From Candidatus Curtissbacteria bacterium (lineage in GTDB: Bacteria; Patescibacteriota; Microgenomatia; Curtissbacterales; GWA2-41-24), in the NCBI GenBank assembly GCA_016198325.1, contig JACQIV010000015.1, positions 1,423 to 65,422 on the forward strand: DNA of 64,000 nucleotides, given 5' to 3'. The translations under genes and the position numbers were made by a program. The notes beneath the pieces were generated by a model. The model saw only the letters and a list, made by a program, of their open reading frames with translations. It searched no databases and had not been told where the DNA came from. The first letter of the stretch is position 1, and every line of letters begins with the position of its first letter. Positions 48,782 through 58,560 of this stretch are shown here, one piece after another.

Positions 48782-51691
48782 ATGATAGACAAAATAAAAG
48801 TAAAAGGCGCTCGTGTCCATAACCTCAAAAACATAAGTGTTGAGATTCCCAAAAATAAACTTGTAGTATTTACCGGTATTTCCGGCTCCGGTAAATCATC
48901 GCTTGCCTTCGATACTATTTATGCCGAAGGACAACGACGCTATGTAGAGTCACTTGCGTCTTATGCAAGACAATTCCTTGGAGTCATGGACAAACCCGAC
49001 GTGGATCTGATAGAAGGGCTTTCCCCGGCAATCTCCATAGACCAGAAATCCACATCCAGAAACCCGCGTTCAACCGTGGGCACAATTACAGAGATTTATG
49101 ACTACCTTAGACTCCTGTTCGCACGAATCGGGCATCCGCATTGCCCCGTTTGTGGCCGCGAAATATCTCACCAGTCACCTCAGCAGATTGTTGATGAAAT
49201 ACAAAAACTAAATGACCCCGGTTCAAAGAAACCAACAAGAATTGTCATACTTGCACCCGTTGTAAAAGATAGAAAAGGTGAATTTAAAGAACTTTTTCGT
49301 GATATTGCAAAAAAAGGATTTAAACAAGTCAGGGTCGATGGGCAAATTAAGGACATAGGTGACGATTTTGTACTTATTAAAACCAATAAACATTCAATCG
49401 AGGTAGTTATCGATAAATTGACAATTCCGGCCGAAAAACCAAGGCTTACCGAATCCGTCGAACAGGGCCTTAAACATGCAGATGGCAACATTTATGTTGG
49501 GGAAATACTGGATAAGACTTTCGGAATACCCGAGTATCCCCTAGAACTAAAGGTGCATCTTTTTTCTGAAAAATTTACATGCCCAATCGATAATATATCT
49601 CTGCCAGAAATAGAGCCCAGAAGTTTTTCTTTTAATTCGCCCCACGGAGCATGTCCGGCATGTAACGGTTTAGGAGCAATCAGGCGAGTGGATGAGGGAC
49701 TTATAATTAATTCGGTTCTTTCTATTGCAGAAGGTGCGATTTTGCCGTGGGCTCGAATTATAGAGTCCGACACATGGTCCTGGCGTGTACTTGAGGGAGT
49801 AGCAAAGCAGAACAATATCCAAATCGATGAGCCCTTTGGGAGCCTTAGCGAAGAAGCTAAAAGTTTGATTCTTCGCGGGGATTCCAAAACTTATCGCATA
49901 AAAGGTCCCAACAGATATGGAAAGTTAGTAACAATTAATACTAATTTTGAAGGAGTTATTCCTGGTCTCGAAAGAAGATATTCCCAAACGGACTCAGACT
50001 TCGTACGGGGGGAAATTGAAAAATTTATGAGGCAGGATATTTGCGAGAATTGCAGCGGAACAAGACTTAAAAAGGAGGTTTTATCGGTAACCGTAAACAA
50101 AAGACCAATATCCGAAGTTTCGACTCTTTCAATAAGTGAGCTTCATAATTGGCTAAAGAACCTCTCGGATAACGAAAAAAACATTCTCTCCGAAAGAGAA
50201 ACGCAAATTTCAAAGCCCATATTTAAAGAACTAATATCAAGGGTTAATTTCCTTTTGGATGTTGGTCTTGAATATCTGACTATTAACCGTTCCGCGTCGA
50301 CACTTGCCGGTGGAGAGGCACAAAGAATCCGGCTTGCTTCACAAATTGGTTCCGGACTGTCCGGAGTCTTATATGTCCTGGATGAACCATCAATTGGTTT
50401 GCATCAAAGAGACAACAACAGGTTGATAACTACATTAAAAAAATTAAGGGACTTACAAAACACGGTTATCGTAGTCGAGCACGATAAAGATATGATGATG
50501 GAAGCCGATGAAATCTTGGATTTTGGGCCGGGGGCGGGAGAACATGGGGGAAGAATAATTGCTCAGGGGACTCCGACACAAATACTTAAAAACCCGAACT
50601 CATTAACTGCGAAATACTTGACAGGTAAAAAAAATATAAATCTTAAAAACGGAAAAAACGGGGGAGTTTATTTGTCATCAATTGCCAAATCCCTTGATAA
50701 TAAAACGCTGACCATTTTTGGCGCAAAAGAGCACAACCTTAAAAGAATAAATGTTAACTTTCCGCTTGGAAAGTTGATTTGCGTTACTGGCGTTTCCGGA
50801 TCCGGAAAATCTACCCTGGTTCACGATATCCTGTATAGGACTTTGGCAAGAGAATTTTACAGGTCGAAAGAAAAGCCGGGCAGCCATACAGCGATTTCCG
50901 GAGAAGAAAATCTTGATAAGGTAATTTTAATCGACCAATCACCTATTGGCAGGACTCCTAGGTCAAACCCGGCAACTTACACGGGTGTTTTTACTTATAT
51001 CCGTGACATTTTCTCAAAAACCATGGACGCAAGAATTCGTGGTTATAAACCGGGAAGATTTTCTTTCAATGTTAAGGGCGGAAGATGTGAATCTTGCGAG
51101 GGTGAAGGGCAGGTAAAAATTGAGATGCAATTTTTACCGGATGTGTATGTTGATTGTGAAGTTTGTCAGGGAAAAAGATACAACGAGCAAGCATTAGAAA
51201 TTCACTATAAGGGGAAAAATATTGCAGACGTTCTAAGTATGACAGCCGAAGAAGCCTTAAGTTTTTTTGAAAACATACCGCAAATTAAAAACAAACTTTT
51301 AACAATTTATGACGTAGGTCTTGGATATATTCATTTAGGCCAGCCGGCTCCTACATTATCCGGAGGGGAAGCTCAAAGAGTTAAGTTGGCAACAGAACTA
51401 TCTAAAAAAGCCACTGGTAAAACTTTATACATTCTCGACGAACCAACAACCGGTTTGCATTTTGCCGACATAGAAAGGCTTCTTTTAATTCTGCAAAGAT
51501 TGGTAGCGCAGGGAAATTCCGTAGTGGTGATCGAGCATAACTTGGATGTTGTTAAAAACGCTGATTGGATAATAGACCTTGGCCCCGAAGGAGGCGATGG
51601 AGGAGGGGAAGTAGTAGCAGTCGGAACCCCCTATGATATTTCCAAGTCCCCGAAATCCTATACGGGACAATTCTTAAGTAAGATTTTATAG
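48782..51691 (+). CDS. uvrA: excinuclease ABC subunit A
   Basis: Two ABC ATPase modules (GISGSGKSS… / GVSGSGKST…), zinc-finger Cys clusters. Confidence 0.9.
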   Translation: MIDKIKVKGARVHNLKNISVEIPKNKLVVFTGISGSGKSSLAFDTIYAEGQRRYVESLASYARQFLGVMDKPDVDLIEGLSPAISIDQKSTSRNPRSTVGTITEIYDYLRLLFARIGHPHCPVCGREISHQSPQQIVDEIQKLNDPGSKKPTRIVILAPVVKDRKGEFKELFRDIAKKGFKQVRVDGQIKDIGDDFVLIKTNKHSIEVVIDKLTIPAEKPRLTESVEQGLKHADGNIYVGEILDKTFGIPEYPLELKVHLFSEKFTCPIDNISLPEIEPRSFSFNSPHGACPACNGLGAIRRVDEGLIINSVLSIAEGAILPWARIIESDTWSWRVLEGVAKQNNIQIDEPFGSLSEEAKSLILRGDSKTYRIKGPNRYGKLVTINTNFEGVIPGLERRYSQTDSDFVRGEIEKFMRQDICENCSGTRLKKEVLSVTVNKRPISEVSTLSISELHNWLKNLSDNEKNILSERETQISKPIFKELISRVNFLLDVGLEYLTINRSASTLAGGEAQRIRLASQIGSGLSGVLYVLDEPSIGLHQRDNNRLITTLKKLRDLQNTVIVVEHDKDMMMEADEILDFGPGAGEHGGRIIAQGTPTQILKNPNSLTAKYLTGKKNINLKNGKNGGVYLSSIAKSLDNKTLTIFGAKEHNLKRINVNFPLGKLICVTGVSGSGKSTLVHDILYRTLAREFYRSKEKPGSHTAISGEENLDKVILIDQSPIGRTPRSNPATYTGVFTYIRDIFSKTMDARIRGYKPGRFSFNVKGGRCESCEGEGQVKIEMQFLPDVYVDCEVCQGKRYNEQALEIHYKGKNIADVLSMTAEEALSFFENIPQIKNKLLTIYDVGLGYIHLGQPAPTLSGGEAQRVKLATELSKKATGKTLYILDEPTTGLHFADIERLLLILQRLVAQGNSVVVIEHNLDVVKNADWIIDLGPEGGDGGGEVVAVGTPYDISKSPKSYTGQFLSKIL

Positions 51692-51774
51692 TTTGCTTTA
51701 TAAGCCTAAGAAAAAAGGCAAAGTGAAATCACTGGCTGTTAGGGTTTGGTCTATTTATTCTAAAATAAAACAAA

Positions 51775-53661
51775 GTGAAATTTCTGTTCGTAACAATTTT
51801 TACTTTAATAGTACTTGTATCCTTTAAGCTCTACTACCCGCAAAATGTTTACGCAGAAGGTGAATTCGAAACGGATTACCAGGTCCAGTATACGATTCTT
51901 GAAAGTGGTAAAACACAAGTTTCTGAAGATATTATCCTCAAGAACAAAACCGCAAACTACTACGCAGACAAATTTGAACTCAAAATAGGCTCAACAAAAG
52001 TCTCAGAAGTCAGGGCATCCGACCGGGTCGGTCCAATGCAAGCGGATGTAAAGTTTGAAAATAATATTACGACAATTACGGTCAAGTTCAACGAGCGGGT
52101 TATTGGACTTGATAAGACACTGCCATGGAAACTGGCATACTCGTCCCAGGAACTGGCAACAAAATCCGGGCAAATATGGGAAGTCTCCATTCCGCGACTG
52201 GCTAAAAATTCGGATATTGGCAAGTACGAAGCAAGTGTTGCGACCCCTGTTACGTTTGGCCCGAACGCATTCGCTTACCCAACACCTCTAGAAACTTTAA
52301 GGCAGGGAAGAAACCAAGTTTATTCATTTAACAAAGAACAGCTAACTACTTCCGGCATCTCAATGTCTTTTGGGGAAAAACAAGTATTTGAGTATACGCT
52401 TAACTATTACTTATACAACAAAAACGTAACGGCACAAATTCAGGAAATTACACTGCCACCGGATAATAACTACCAAAAAGTTGTCTTAAGCTCTATAGAA
52501 CCTCCTCCCGTCGACGTCATCCTGGATAGTGATTCAAATTATGTTGCAAAATATAGGCTTGGCCCAAAGTCGGGACTAAATATAGCCGTAAAGGGATACG
52601 TTGAAGTTTTTAGTAAGCCCTCCCGTAATATAGACAATAACTTATCAGCTCAAGAGCGTAAAAAATACACATCACCACAAAAATACTGGGAAATAGATTC
52701 CCCGGAAATAAGGGATAAGGCAAGTGACCTAAAAAGCCCGCAGGAAATTTACGATTTCGTTTCAAATTATTTAACTTACAGTGAACAAAAGTTGAACCAA
52801 AAAAATATCGAACGACTCGGGGCACTGGCAGCATACACGAATCCGCGTGAGGCAGTTTGCATGGAATTTACTGATTTATTCATTGCACTCGCACGGGCAA
52901 AAGGTATCCCTGCACGTGAAGTCGTAGGGTATGCATATACGCAGAATTCCCGCCTTAGACCACTTTCATTCGAAACGCAGGGAGACCTGTTGCATGCATG
53001 GCCGGAATATTGGGATGATAAATTAGGTTGGGTACAGATAGATCCAACTTGGGCATCAACATCCGGAGGACTGGATTATTTCAATAAACTGGACTTCAAC
53101 CATATCACCTTAATTCAACGCGGGACATCCTCAACGGCTCCGTTACCAGCTGGTTCTTATAAAAAGGAGGAAGACCAGGGGAAAAAATACGTGTATGTTT
53201 CGTTTGCAACCAGTTTGCCGATTGTAACTGCGACTCCGCAGATCGAAATAGATGCACCTCAAAAAATAATCTCCGGAGTCCCGACTAATATTAAGGCATC
53301 TATCCGCAACATTGGGTCTTCTGCAATAGTACCGACTAACCTTTTGCTTGAAACAACGACATTAAAAATTACATCCGAAAATCCCAAGAAGGTTGAAGTA
53401 ATGCCACCTTTTTCTAAAAGGGAAATAGAATTTAAGGTCCAAAGCAGTGGATATTTGGCGAAAAAAGACGAAACCTTAGTGCTAACCTTCGGCGAAGTAC
53501 AGGCGTCAAAAAACGTTTCCATAATCCCTTTTTATTATCTTGCAATTTCTCCATCGTTTATGGCTACAATCAGCCTTTCTGCACTAATAATAATTTTTGG
53601 CCTTCTTCTTTATAACAAACTTCACAAAAAGAAGATCAAACTTCCCCATCATTTACAGTAA
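51775..53661 (+). CDS. transglutaminase-like domain membrane protein
   Basis: N-terminal signal/TM, TGase core Cys-His-Asp (CMEFTDLFIALARAKGIPAR…HAWPEYW…IDPTW), C-terminal TM helix; GTG start. Confidence 0.6.
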   Translation: MKFLFVTIFTLIVLVSFKLYYPQNVYAEGEFETDYQVQYTILESGKTQVSEDIILKNKTANYYADKFELKIGSTKVSEVRASDRVGPMQADVKFENNITTITVKFNERVIGLDKTLPWKLAYSSQELATKSGQIWEVSIPRLAKNSDIGKYEASVATPVTFGPNAFAYPTPLETLRQGRNQVYSFNKEQLTTSGISMSFGEKQVFEYTLNYYLYNKNVTAQIQEITLPPDNNYQKVVLSSIEPPPVDVILDSDSNYVAKYRLGPKSGLNIAVKGYVEVFSKPSRNIDNNLSAQERKKYTSPQKYWEIDSPEIRDKASDLKSPQEIYDFVSNYLTYSEQKLNQKNIERLGALAAYTNPREAVCMEFTDLFIALARAKGIPAREVVGYAYTQNSRLRPLSFETQGDLLHAWPEYWDDKLGWVQIDPTWASTSGGLDYFNKLDFNHITLIQRGTSSTAPLPAGSYKKEEDQGKKYVYVSFATSLPIVTATPQIEIDAPQKIISGVPTNIKASIRNIGSSAIVPTNLLLETTTLKITSENPKKVEVMPPFSKREIEFKVQSSGYLAKKDETLVLTFGEVQASKNVSIIPFYYLAISPSFMATISLSALIIIFGLLLYNKLHKKKIKLPHHLQ

Positions 53662-53674
53662 AATTACCAAATCT

Positions 53675-54931
53675 GTGTTAAGAGTTAATGAAATAAAAAA
53701 ATTACCGGAAAGTCCCGGCGTCTATATTTTCTTTGATAATAATCGCGTTATTTACGTCGGAAAGTCAATTTCAATAAAAAAAAGGGTCGCTTCTTATTTT
53801 AATTCAAAGAACCTCGGACCGAAAACAAGCATGCTCGTTTCAAAAATTGCAAGTATTGACTATCTTAAAGTTTTTTCGGAATTTGAAGCGCTCCTTCTGG
53901 AAACCGAACTTATAAGAAAATACAAACCGTTTTTTAACATACAGGCAAAGGACGATAAGAGCCCACTTTATATAAAAATATCAGCCGGCGAAGTTCCAAT
54001 CATAGAAATCGCAAGAAAGCAGATCAAAAAAAGTGGCGATTTTCTTGTTGGGCCTTTTCCTTCGGCCAAAACTGCAAGGGAAGTCATGCGTTTAGTCAGA
54101 CGTATATTTCCTTATTGTCACCATAAAAAAGCGCCGAAAAAATGCTTATACGTACATTTGGGTCTGTGTCCATATCCCTATGCTTCGGAAGAAGCGAAAG
54201 AAAAATATATAAAAGACATATACAGAATAAAAAAGTTTTTATCGGGCAAGAGTAAATTAGTAGTGAACCAATTAATTATTCAAATGCGTCAATTTGCACA
54301 AAGACAAATGTTCGAAGAGGCGGGTTTGCTTAAAAAGCAAATAGAAAAAATTGAATACTTATTAACTACTTACCACACTCCGAGAGAATTTCTAGAAACA
54401 CCGACGCTGGTTGATGACCTGACTCAGCTGAGGTTAAAGGATATTAAAGAAAAATTAGAACTTGAAAAAATACCAAAAAAAATAGAATGTTACGACATCT
54501 CCAATTTTCAAGGGAAACACGCAACGGGTTCGATGATTGTATTTATAAACGGTCACCCCGAAAAAAGGGAGTACCGCAGGTTCAAAATAAAGTATTCTAA
54601 AAAACCCGATGATTACGAAATGATAAGGGAGGTATTGGCAAGACGGTTCAAAAATGATTGGTCAACTCCGGATCTTGTCATCATAGATGGCGGTCGGGGT
54701 CAGTTGAACGCTGCATTGTCAGTTACGATCAAATACAAAGTCAATGTCCCTATAGTGTCACTTGCTAAAAGACGAGAAGAAATATATATACCTACGAGAG
54801 TTATGCCTATTTCCCTGACAAAAGAAAGCCCGGCAAGGCAATTAGTACAGGCATTGCGGGACGAAGCACACAGGTTCGCAATTTCCTATCACAGGCTTCT
54901 CAGGTCGCGGGCATTTATTGTCAAAACGTGA
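53675..54931 (+). CDS. uvrC: excinuclease ABC subunit C (lacks C-terminal HhH domain)
   Basis: GIY-YIG (PESPGVYIFFDNNRVIYVGKS), UVR-interaction region, C-terminal RNase-H-like endonuclease (…GSMIVFINGHPEKREYRRFKIK…VIIDGGRGQLNAA…); start tentatively GTG 53675. Confidence 0.7.
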   Translation: MLRVNEIKKLPESPGVYIFFDNNRVIYVGKSISIKKRVASYFNSKNLGPKTSMLVSKIASIDYLKVFSEFEALLLETELIRKYKPFFNIQAKDDKSPLYIKISAGEVPIIEIARKQIKKSGDFLVGPFPSAKTAREVMRLVRRIFPYCHHKKAPKKCLYVHLGLCPYPYASEEAKEKYIKDIYRIKKFLSGKSKLVVNQLIIQMRQFAQRQMFEEAGLLKKQIEKIEYLLTTYHTPREFLETPTLVDDLTQLRLKDIKEKLELEKIPKKIECYDISNFQGKHATGSMIVFINGHPEKREYRRFKIKYSKKPDDYEMIREVLARRFKNDWSTPDLVIIDGGRGQLNAALSVTIKYKVNVPIVSLAKRREEIYIPTRVMPISLTKESPARQLVQALRDEAHRFAISYHRLLRSRAFIVKT

Positions 54932-54985
54932 TGTTGCAGTAAGTCGCTTCCATATGACAAACTTTAGGGAAAGGTAATTTTTTCT

Positions 54986-55387
54986 ATGAAGCATTACATC
55001 AGAAAAGTAATTGTAACTGCAGTTTCTTTTTATGTCGCATATAGTCTTGTACCGACAATTTCTGTCGGCGCCGATCCTAAAAACTTGCTAATTGTCGTTG
55101 CAGGACTGGTAATTATCTCGCTGATTATAAACCCAATATTTTCCCTTGTCCTACTTCCTGTTAATCATTTAACGTTTGGTCTGTTGATGTTAATTCTAAA
55201 TATCGCCTTTATCTTCGCGCTTTTAAATTTCCTCCCGGGATTTTCTGTCGGAGCGTACGATTTTCCAGGGGCAAACGTACAAGGTGTAATTATTCCAGCC
55301 TTCTTTTTTAATGAGATCACTGCAATAATTCTTGTTGCAGTCATAATTACTCTAACTCAAAAAGTTTTTCATATAATTTTCGAATAA
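54986..55387 (+). CDS. small 4-TM membrane protein, phage-holin-family (PF04020-like)
   Basis: 133 aa, four hydrophobic helices, pattern typical of 'phage holin family protein' annotations. Confidence 0.4.
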   Translation: MKHYIRKVIVTAVSFYVAYSLVPTISVGADPKNLLIVVAGLVIISLIINPIFSLVLLPVNHLTFGLLMLILNIAFIFALLNFLPGFSVGAYDFPGANVQGVIIPAFFFNEITAIILVAVIITLTQKVFHIIFE

Positions 55388-55426
55388 ATTTGCTAGCCTC
55401 GTCTTTTTAGAGGTAAGATAATCCCC

Positions 55427-56428
55427 ATGATAGGATCATTTTTAAGACACTATTTCGAAGTTCCGGAAAAGGTAGTTAAAGTTGTGTGTCTTGGGGGAGG
55501 TGTAGGAACCGCCCAGGTTCTAAAAGGTTTAAGATCGAGAAAGAACTTTGATTTAACGGCAGTTGTATCCATGGCGGATGACGGAGGTTCTGCAGGAAGG
55601 TTAAGGCGTGCGTTTTCTGTTCCTCCTCCCGGAGACATTGTCAATTGTCTTGCTGCACTTTCCGAGGAAGAATCGGTTCTTAAAGACCTTTTTGTATACC
55701 GTTTTGCCGGTGAAAGATACGGAAAAGATACTGACATAAGAGGCCAAAAACTTGGAAACCTTATTTTTGTAGCTTTAACGGATATATATAAAGGCGACAT
55801 AAATAAAGCATTAGTCGAGTTTTCCAAGATAGTATCAAGCAAGGGTCGTGTTTTGCCTGCAACTGTAGGCGATGTAAATATATGGGCATTAACCAAAAGC
55901 GATAAAAAAATTTACGGGGAAAAAAATATTGATCTTGGAAAATATAATGACGGAAATTCCTTAGAAGAGGTATTTTTGGATCCGAAAGATGCAAAAGCTT
56001 ACCCCCCGACTATTAAAGCGATCAACGAAGCCGATCTTATTATTGTCGGGCCGGGGGATTTATTTAGTACCGTCCTGCCGGTTATTATTGTCCAACAAGT
56101 AAAAATTGCCCTATTAAAATCTACCGCTAAAAAGATATTCATTGTGAATATTGCCAACAAGCCTTTCGAAACACCAAACTATAAGGTTTCCGACTTCATT
56201 CAAGCGTTAAAAAAACATCTGAGTAAGGATGTTTTTGATCTTTACCTTGTGAATGAAAATCGTGCTCCCATCATTCCTAAAAAATTAAAATATAAATACG
56301 TTGAACATGACGCCACAAAAGTTAAAACTGCCCACAAAGTATTGTTGGGGGATTTTGTAAACGCGGACTTTCCTCTTTATCATGACAGTGATAAGATAGC
56401 CAAGGCTGTCGTTCGAAATTTGAGATGA
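55427..56428 (+). CDS. yvcK: gluconeogenesis factor YvcK/CofD-family (UPF0052)
   Basis: KVVCLGGGVGTAQVLKGLR…, …LIIVGPGDLFSTVLPV…. Confidence 0.8.
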   Translation: MIGSFLRHYFEVPEKVVKVVCLGGGVGTAQVLKGLRSRKNFDLTAVVSMADDGGSAGRLRRAFSVPPPGDIVNCLAALSEEESVLKDLFVYRFAGERYGKDTDIRGQKLGNLIFVALTDIYKGDINKALVEFSKIVSSKGRVLPATVGDVNIWALTKSDKKIYGEKNIDLGKYNDGNSLEEVFLDPKDAKAYPPTIKAINEADLIIVGPGDLFSTVLPVIIVQQVKIALLKSTAKKIFIVNIANKPFETPNYKVSDFIQALKKHLSKDVFDLYLVNENRAPIIPKKLKYKYVEHDATKVKTAHKVLLGDFVNADFPLYHDSDKIAKAVVRNLR

Positions 56429-56643
56429 AAAGTATACTATTGGTTTTACAAATAGCAATTGCCGCAGGACTCGTGGTTGTTGTCCTGCTACAGGCAGAAG
56501 GAACGGGGATTGGTTCTGTTTTTGGAGGGTCCGGGGGCTTTTACAGATCCAAAAGAGGCGTTGAAAAATTATTTCTTTATTTAACAATTATTCTTGCAAT
56601 ACTTTTATTGGCACTTTCTATCCTTCTGGTAGTAATTAAGTAG
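56425..56643 (+). CDS. secG: preprotein translocase subunit SecG
   Basis: 72 aa, two TM helices, …LQAEGTGIGSVFGGSGGF… ; overlaps yvcK stop. Confidence 0.75.
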   Translation: MKSILLVLQIAIAAGLVVVVLLQAEGTGIGSVFGGSGGFYRSKRGVEKLFLYLTIILAILLLALSILLVVIK

Positions 56644-58026
56644 ATGTATTTTGCAAATATCAGCCTCAGACGCTTTCGTTTTTGGTGGAGGTTAAGTACT
56701 GCGTATCTTACAAAGTATAGGCTTTGGATAATTGTAATTATCCTTGTTTTAACTACTATATTAGTAACCATTGGAAAAATTTGGACAAACGTGTCCCGTT
56801 CTAATCTTATTTCCATGGGTTATGTCGGGGTTTACACGCTGGAAAATATACCTGCCGAAATCTTGTATTTAGTTACGGACCCCTTAATTGTCACAGACCC
56901 CGCGGGTAAACCAAAAGGAGCACTTGCATCCCATTGGACAGTTTCAGAAGACGGTAAAAACTATGTAGTTTTTCTAAAAGACAATCTTTCGTGGCATGAC
57001 GTTTCAGAAGTTTCTGCAAAAGACCTATCAATTGCCATTCAAGGCGTTCAAATCACCGCGCTTAACAATAAAGCGATAGAATTTAAATTGCCGAATCCAA
57101 TTGCTTCGTTCCCTTTAATTCTGAATAAACCGGTTTTTAAATCAAAAACATTTTATGGGACTGGCGAATTTCGAATTGTAAATATCGAAAAAATAGGAGA
57201 TTCAGTCAAGAAAATTAGCCTTGTTCCTAAGAATAAACAACTGCCAAAAGTTGAAATTAAATTTTACGATAGACAGGAGCAGGCATTAAATGCTCTTCAA
57301 ATCGGAGAAATAAAAACCGCAAGTTTAACCAACTCGGCTTTTTTTGAAAATTGGCCGAATTTGGAAGTCGAAAAATCTACGGACTTTGGCGAGGAAATAG
57401 TAATATTTTTTGATAATAATGATAAAATCTTCTCCTCCAAAGAGCTTAGACAAGCGCTCACATATGCCATTAACCGCGAAAACCTTGAAGGTCACCTCTC
57501 TGACAGCCCTGTTTCGCCAAATTCCTGGGCGTACAACGATTCCCTCAAAAGATACGAGTATAATCCTGCAAAGGCAAGGGAACTACTTTCAAAGGCACAA
57601 ATTCAGCAAAAAATTGTACTTTCAACAACTGAAGACCTAAAGAATTTAGCTGAAAATATTGCGGAAGATTGGAGGTCAATTGGAGTTGATTGCGAAGTAA
57701 AAATAGAAAAGGAGATCCCTTCTAATTTTCAAGCTTTGTTGGCAGTTCAAAAACTTGGACAGGACCCGGATCAATACTCTCTTTGGCATTCAACCCAAAC
57801 TAAAACAAATATTACACGCTATAAAAACGTAAAAATAGACAAACTTCTCGAGGACGGAAGGGTTACTCAAGACGAAGCAAAAAGAAAGGAATTATATGCA
57901 GATTTCCAAAGATTCCTAACAGAAGACGCCCCGGCAGCCTTCCTTTATCACCCATACAAGTATAGGGTTACCTATAAAAACGCAAAAAGACTTCTCTCAA
58001 AGTTACCAAAAGAAAAAAACTTCTAA
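56644..58026 (+). CDS. extracellular solute-binding protein (family-5 peptide/nickel-like), membrane-anchored
   Basis: N-terminal TM anchor, overall SBP-5-like composition; weak assignment. Confidence 0.4.
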   Translation: MYFANISLRRFRFWWRLSTAYLTKYRLWIIVIILVLTTILVTIGKIWTNVSRSNLISMGYVGVYTLENIPAEILYLVTDPLIVTDPAGKPKGALASHWTVSEDGKNYVVFLKDNLSWHDVSEVSAKDLSIAIQGVQITALNNKAIEFKLPNPIASFPLILNKPVFKSKTFYGTGEFRIVNIEKIGDSVKKISLVPKNKQLPKVEIKFYDRQEQALNALQIGEIKTASLTNSAFFENWPNLEVEKSTDFGEEIVIFFDNNDKIFSSKELRQALTYAINRENLEGHLSDSPVSPNSWAYNDSLKRYEYNPAKARELLSKAQIQQKIVLSTTEDLKNLAENIAEDWRSIGVDCEVKIEKEIPSNFQALLAVQKLGQDPDQYSLWHSTQTKTNITRYKNVKIDKLLEDGRVTQDEAKRKELYADFQRFLTEDAPAAFLYHPYKYRVTYKNAKRLLSKLPKEKNF

Positions 58027-58325
58027 TCCCAGAATTTTGTTAAATCGGGGTGGGGTGATTGATCGACTTCCTTTCGCGGAATAACAGGACTTTGGACTCC
58101 GCCCTCCCAGATAATATCCTCCTTGACTCTCTCTACCCAAACTTCGTCTAACTGCTGCTCACCGACAAAATCAACAGGAGTAACACTGGTTGGTTCCCAT
58201 TCACCCATAGGACTATCAGTATAAAAGTTTTTTTGCGGACAAATCAAGCCCCTACGCACCCTATTCTTAAGCGCAGTTTTAATAGAATCAAAAGAAATTT
58301 TGGTATAATTAACTTTCAAAAACAC

Positions 58326-58400
58326 GGTGGCTGTAGCTCAGTTGGTTAGAGCGCTGGCTTGTGGAGCCGGAAGTCGGGGGTTCGAGTCCCCTCAGCCACC
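58326..58400 (+). tRNA. tRNA-His (anticodon GUG, with G-1)
   Basis: GGTGGCTGTAGCTCAGTTGGTTAGAGC…CTTGTGGA…GGGTTCGAGTCCCCTCAGCCACC; nearly identical in architecture to E. coli tRNA-His. Confidence 0.8.
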
Positions 58401-58408
58401 CAATTAAC

Positions 58409-58479
58409 GCGGGTGTAGTTCAATGGCAGAACACCAGTTTTCCAAACTGGATACGAGGGTTCGATTCCCTTCACCCGCT
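58409..58479 (+). tRNA. tRNA-Gly (anticodon UCC)
   Basis: GCGGGTGTAGTTCAATGGCAGAACACCAGT TTTCCAA ACTGG…GGGTTCGATTCCCTTCACCCGCT. Confidence 0.8.
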
Positions 58480-58487
58480 CAAAAATT

Positions 58488-58560
58488 GCCCGCGTAGCTC
58501 AACGGATAGAGCACTCGCGTTCTAAGCGATTGGTTGGGGGTTCGAATCCCTCCGCGGGCA
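58488..58560 (+). tRNA. tRNA-Arg (anticodon UCU)
   Basis: GCCCGCGTAGCTCAACGGATAGAGCA CTCGC GTTCTAA GCGAT…GGGGGTTCGAATCCCTCCGCGGGCA; 58499..58560 is overlapped antisense by the recombinase ORF. Confidence 0.75.

Noticed and set aside
58023-58325. 100-aa minus-strand ORF filling the gap between the substrate-binding-protein gene and tRNA-His
   Set aside because: It has no motif and an odd composition, and it lies exactly where the tRNA-cluster promoter is expected. It is left uncalled as a CDS, though it could be real.
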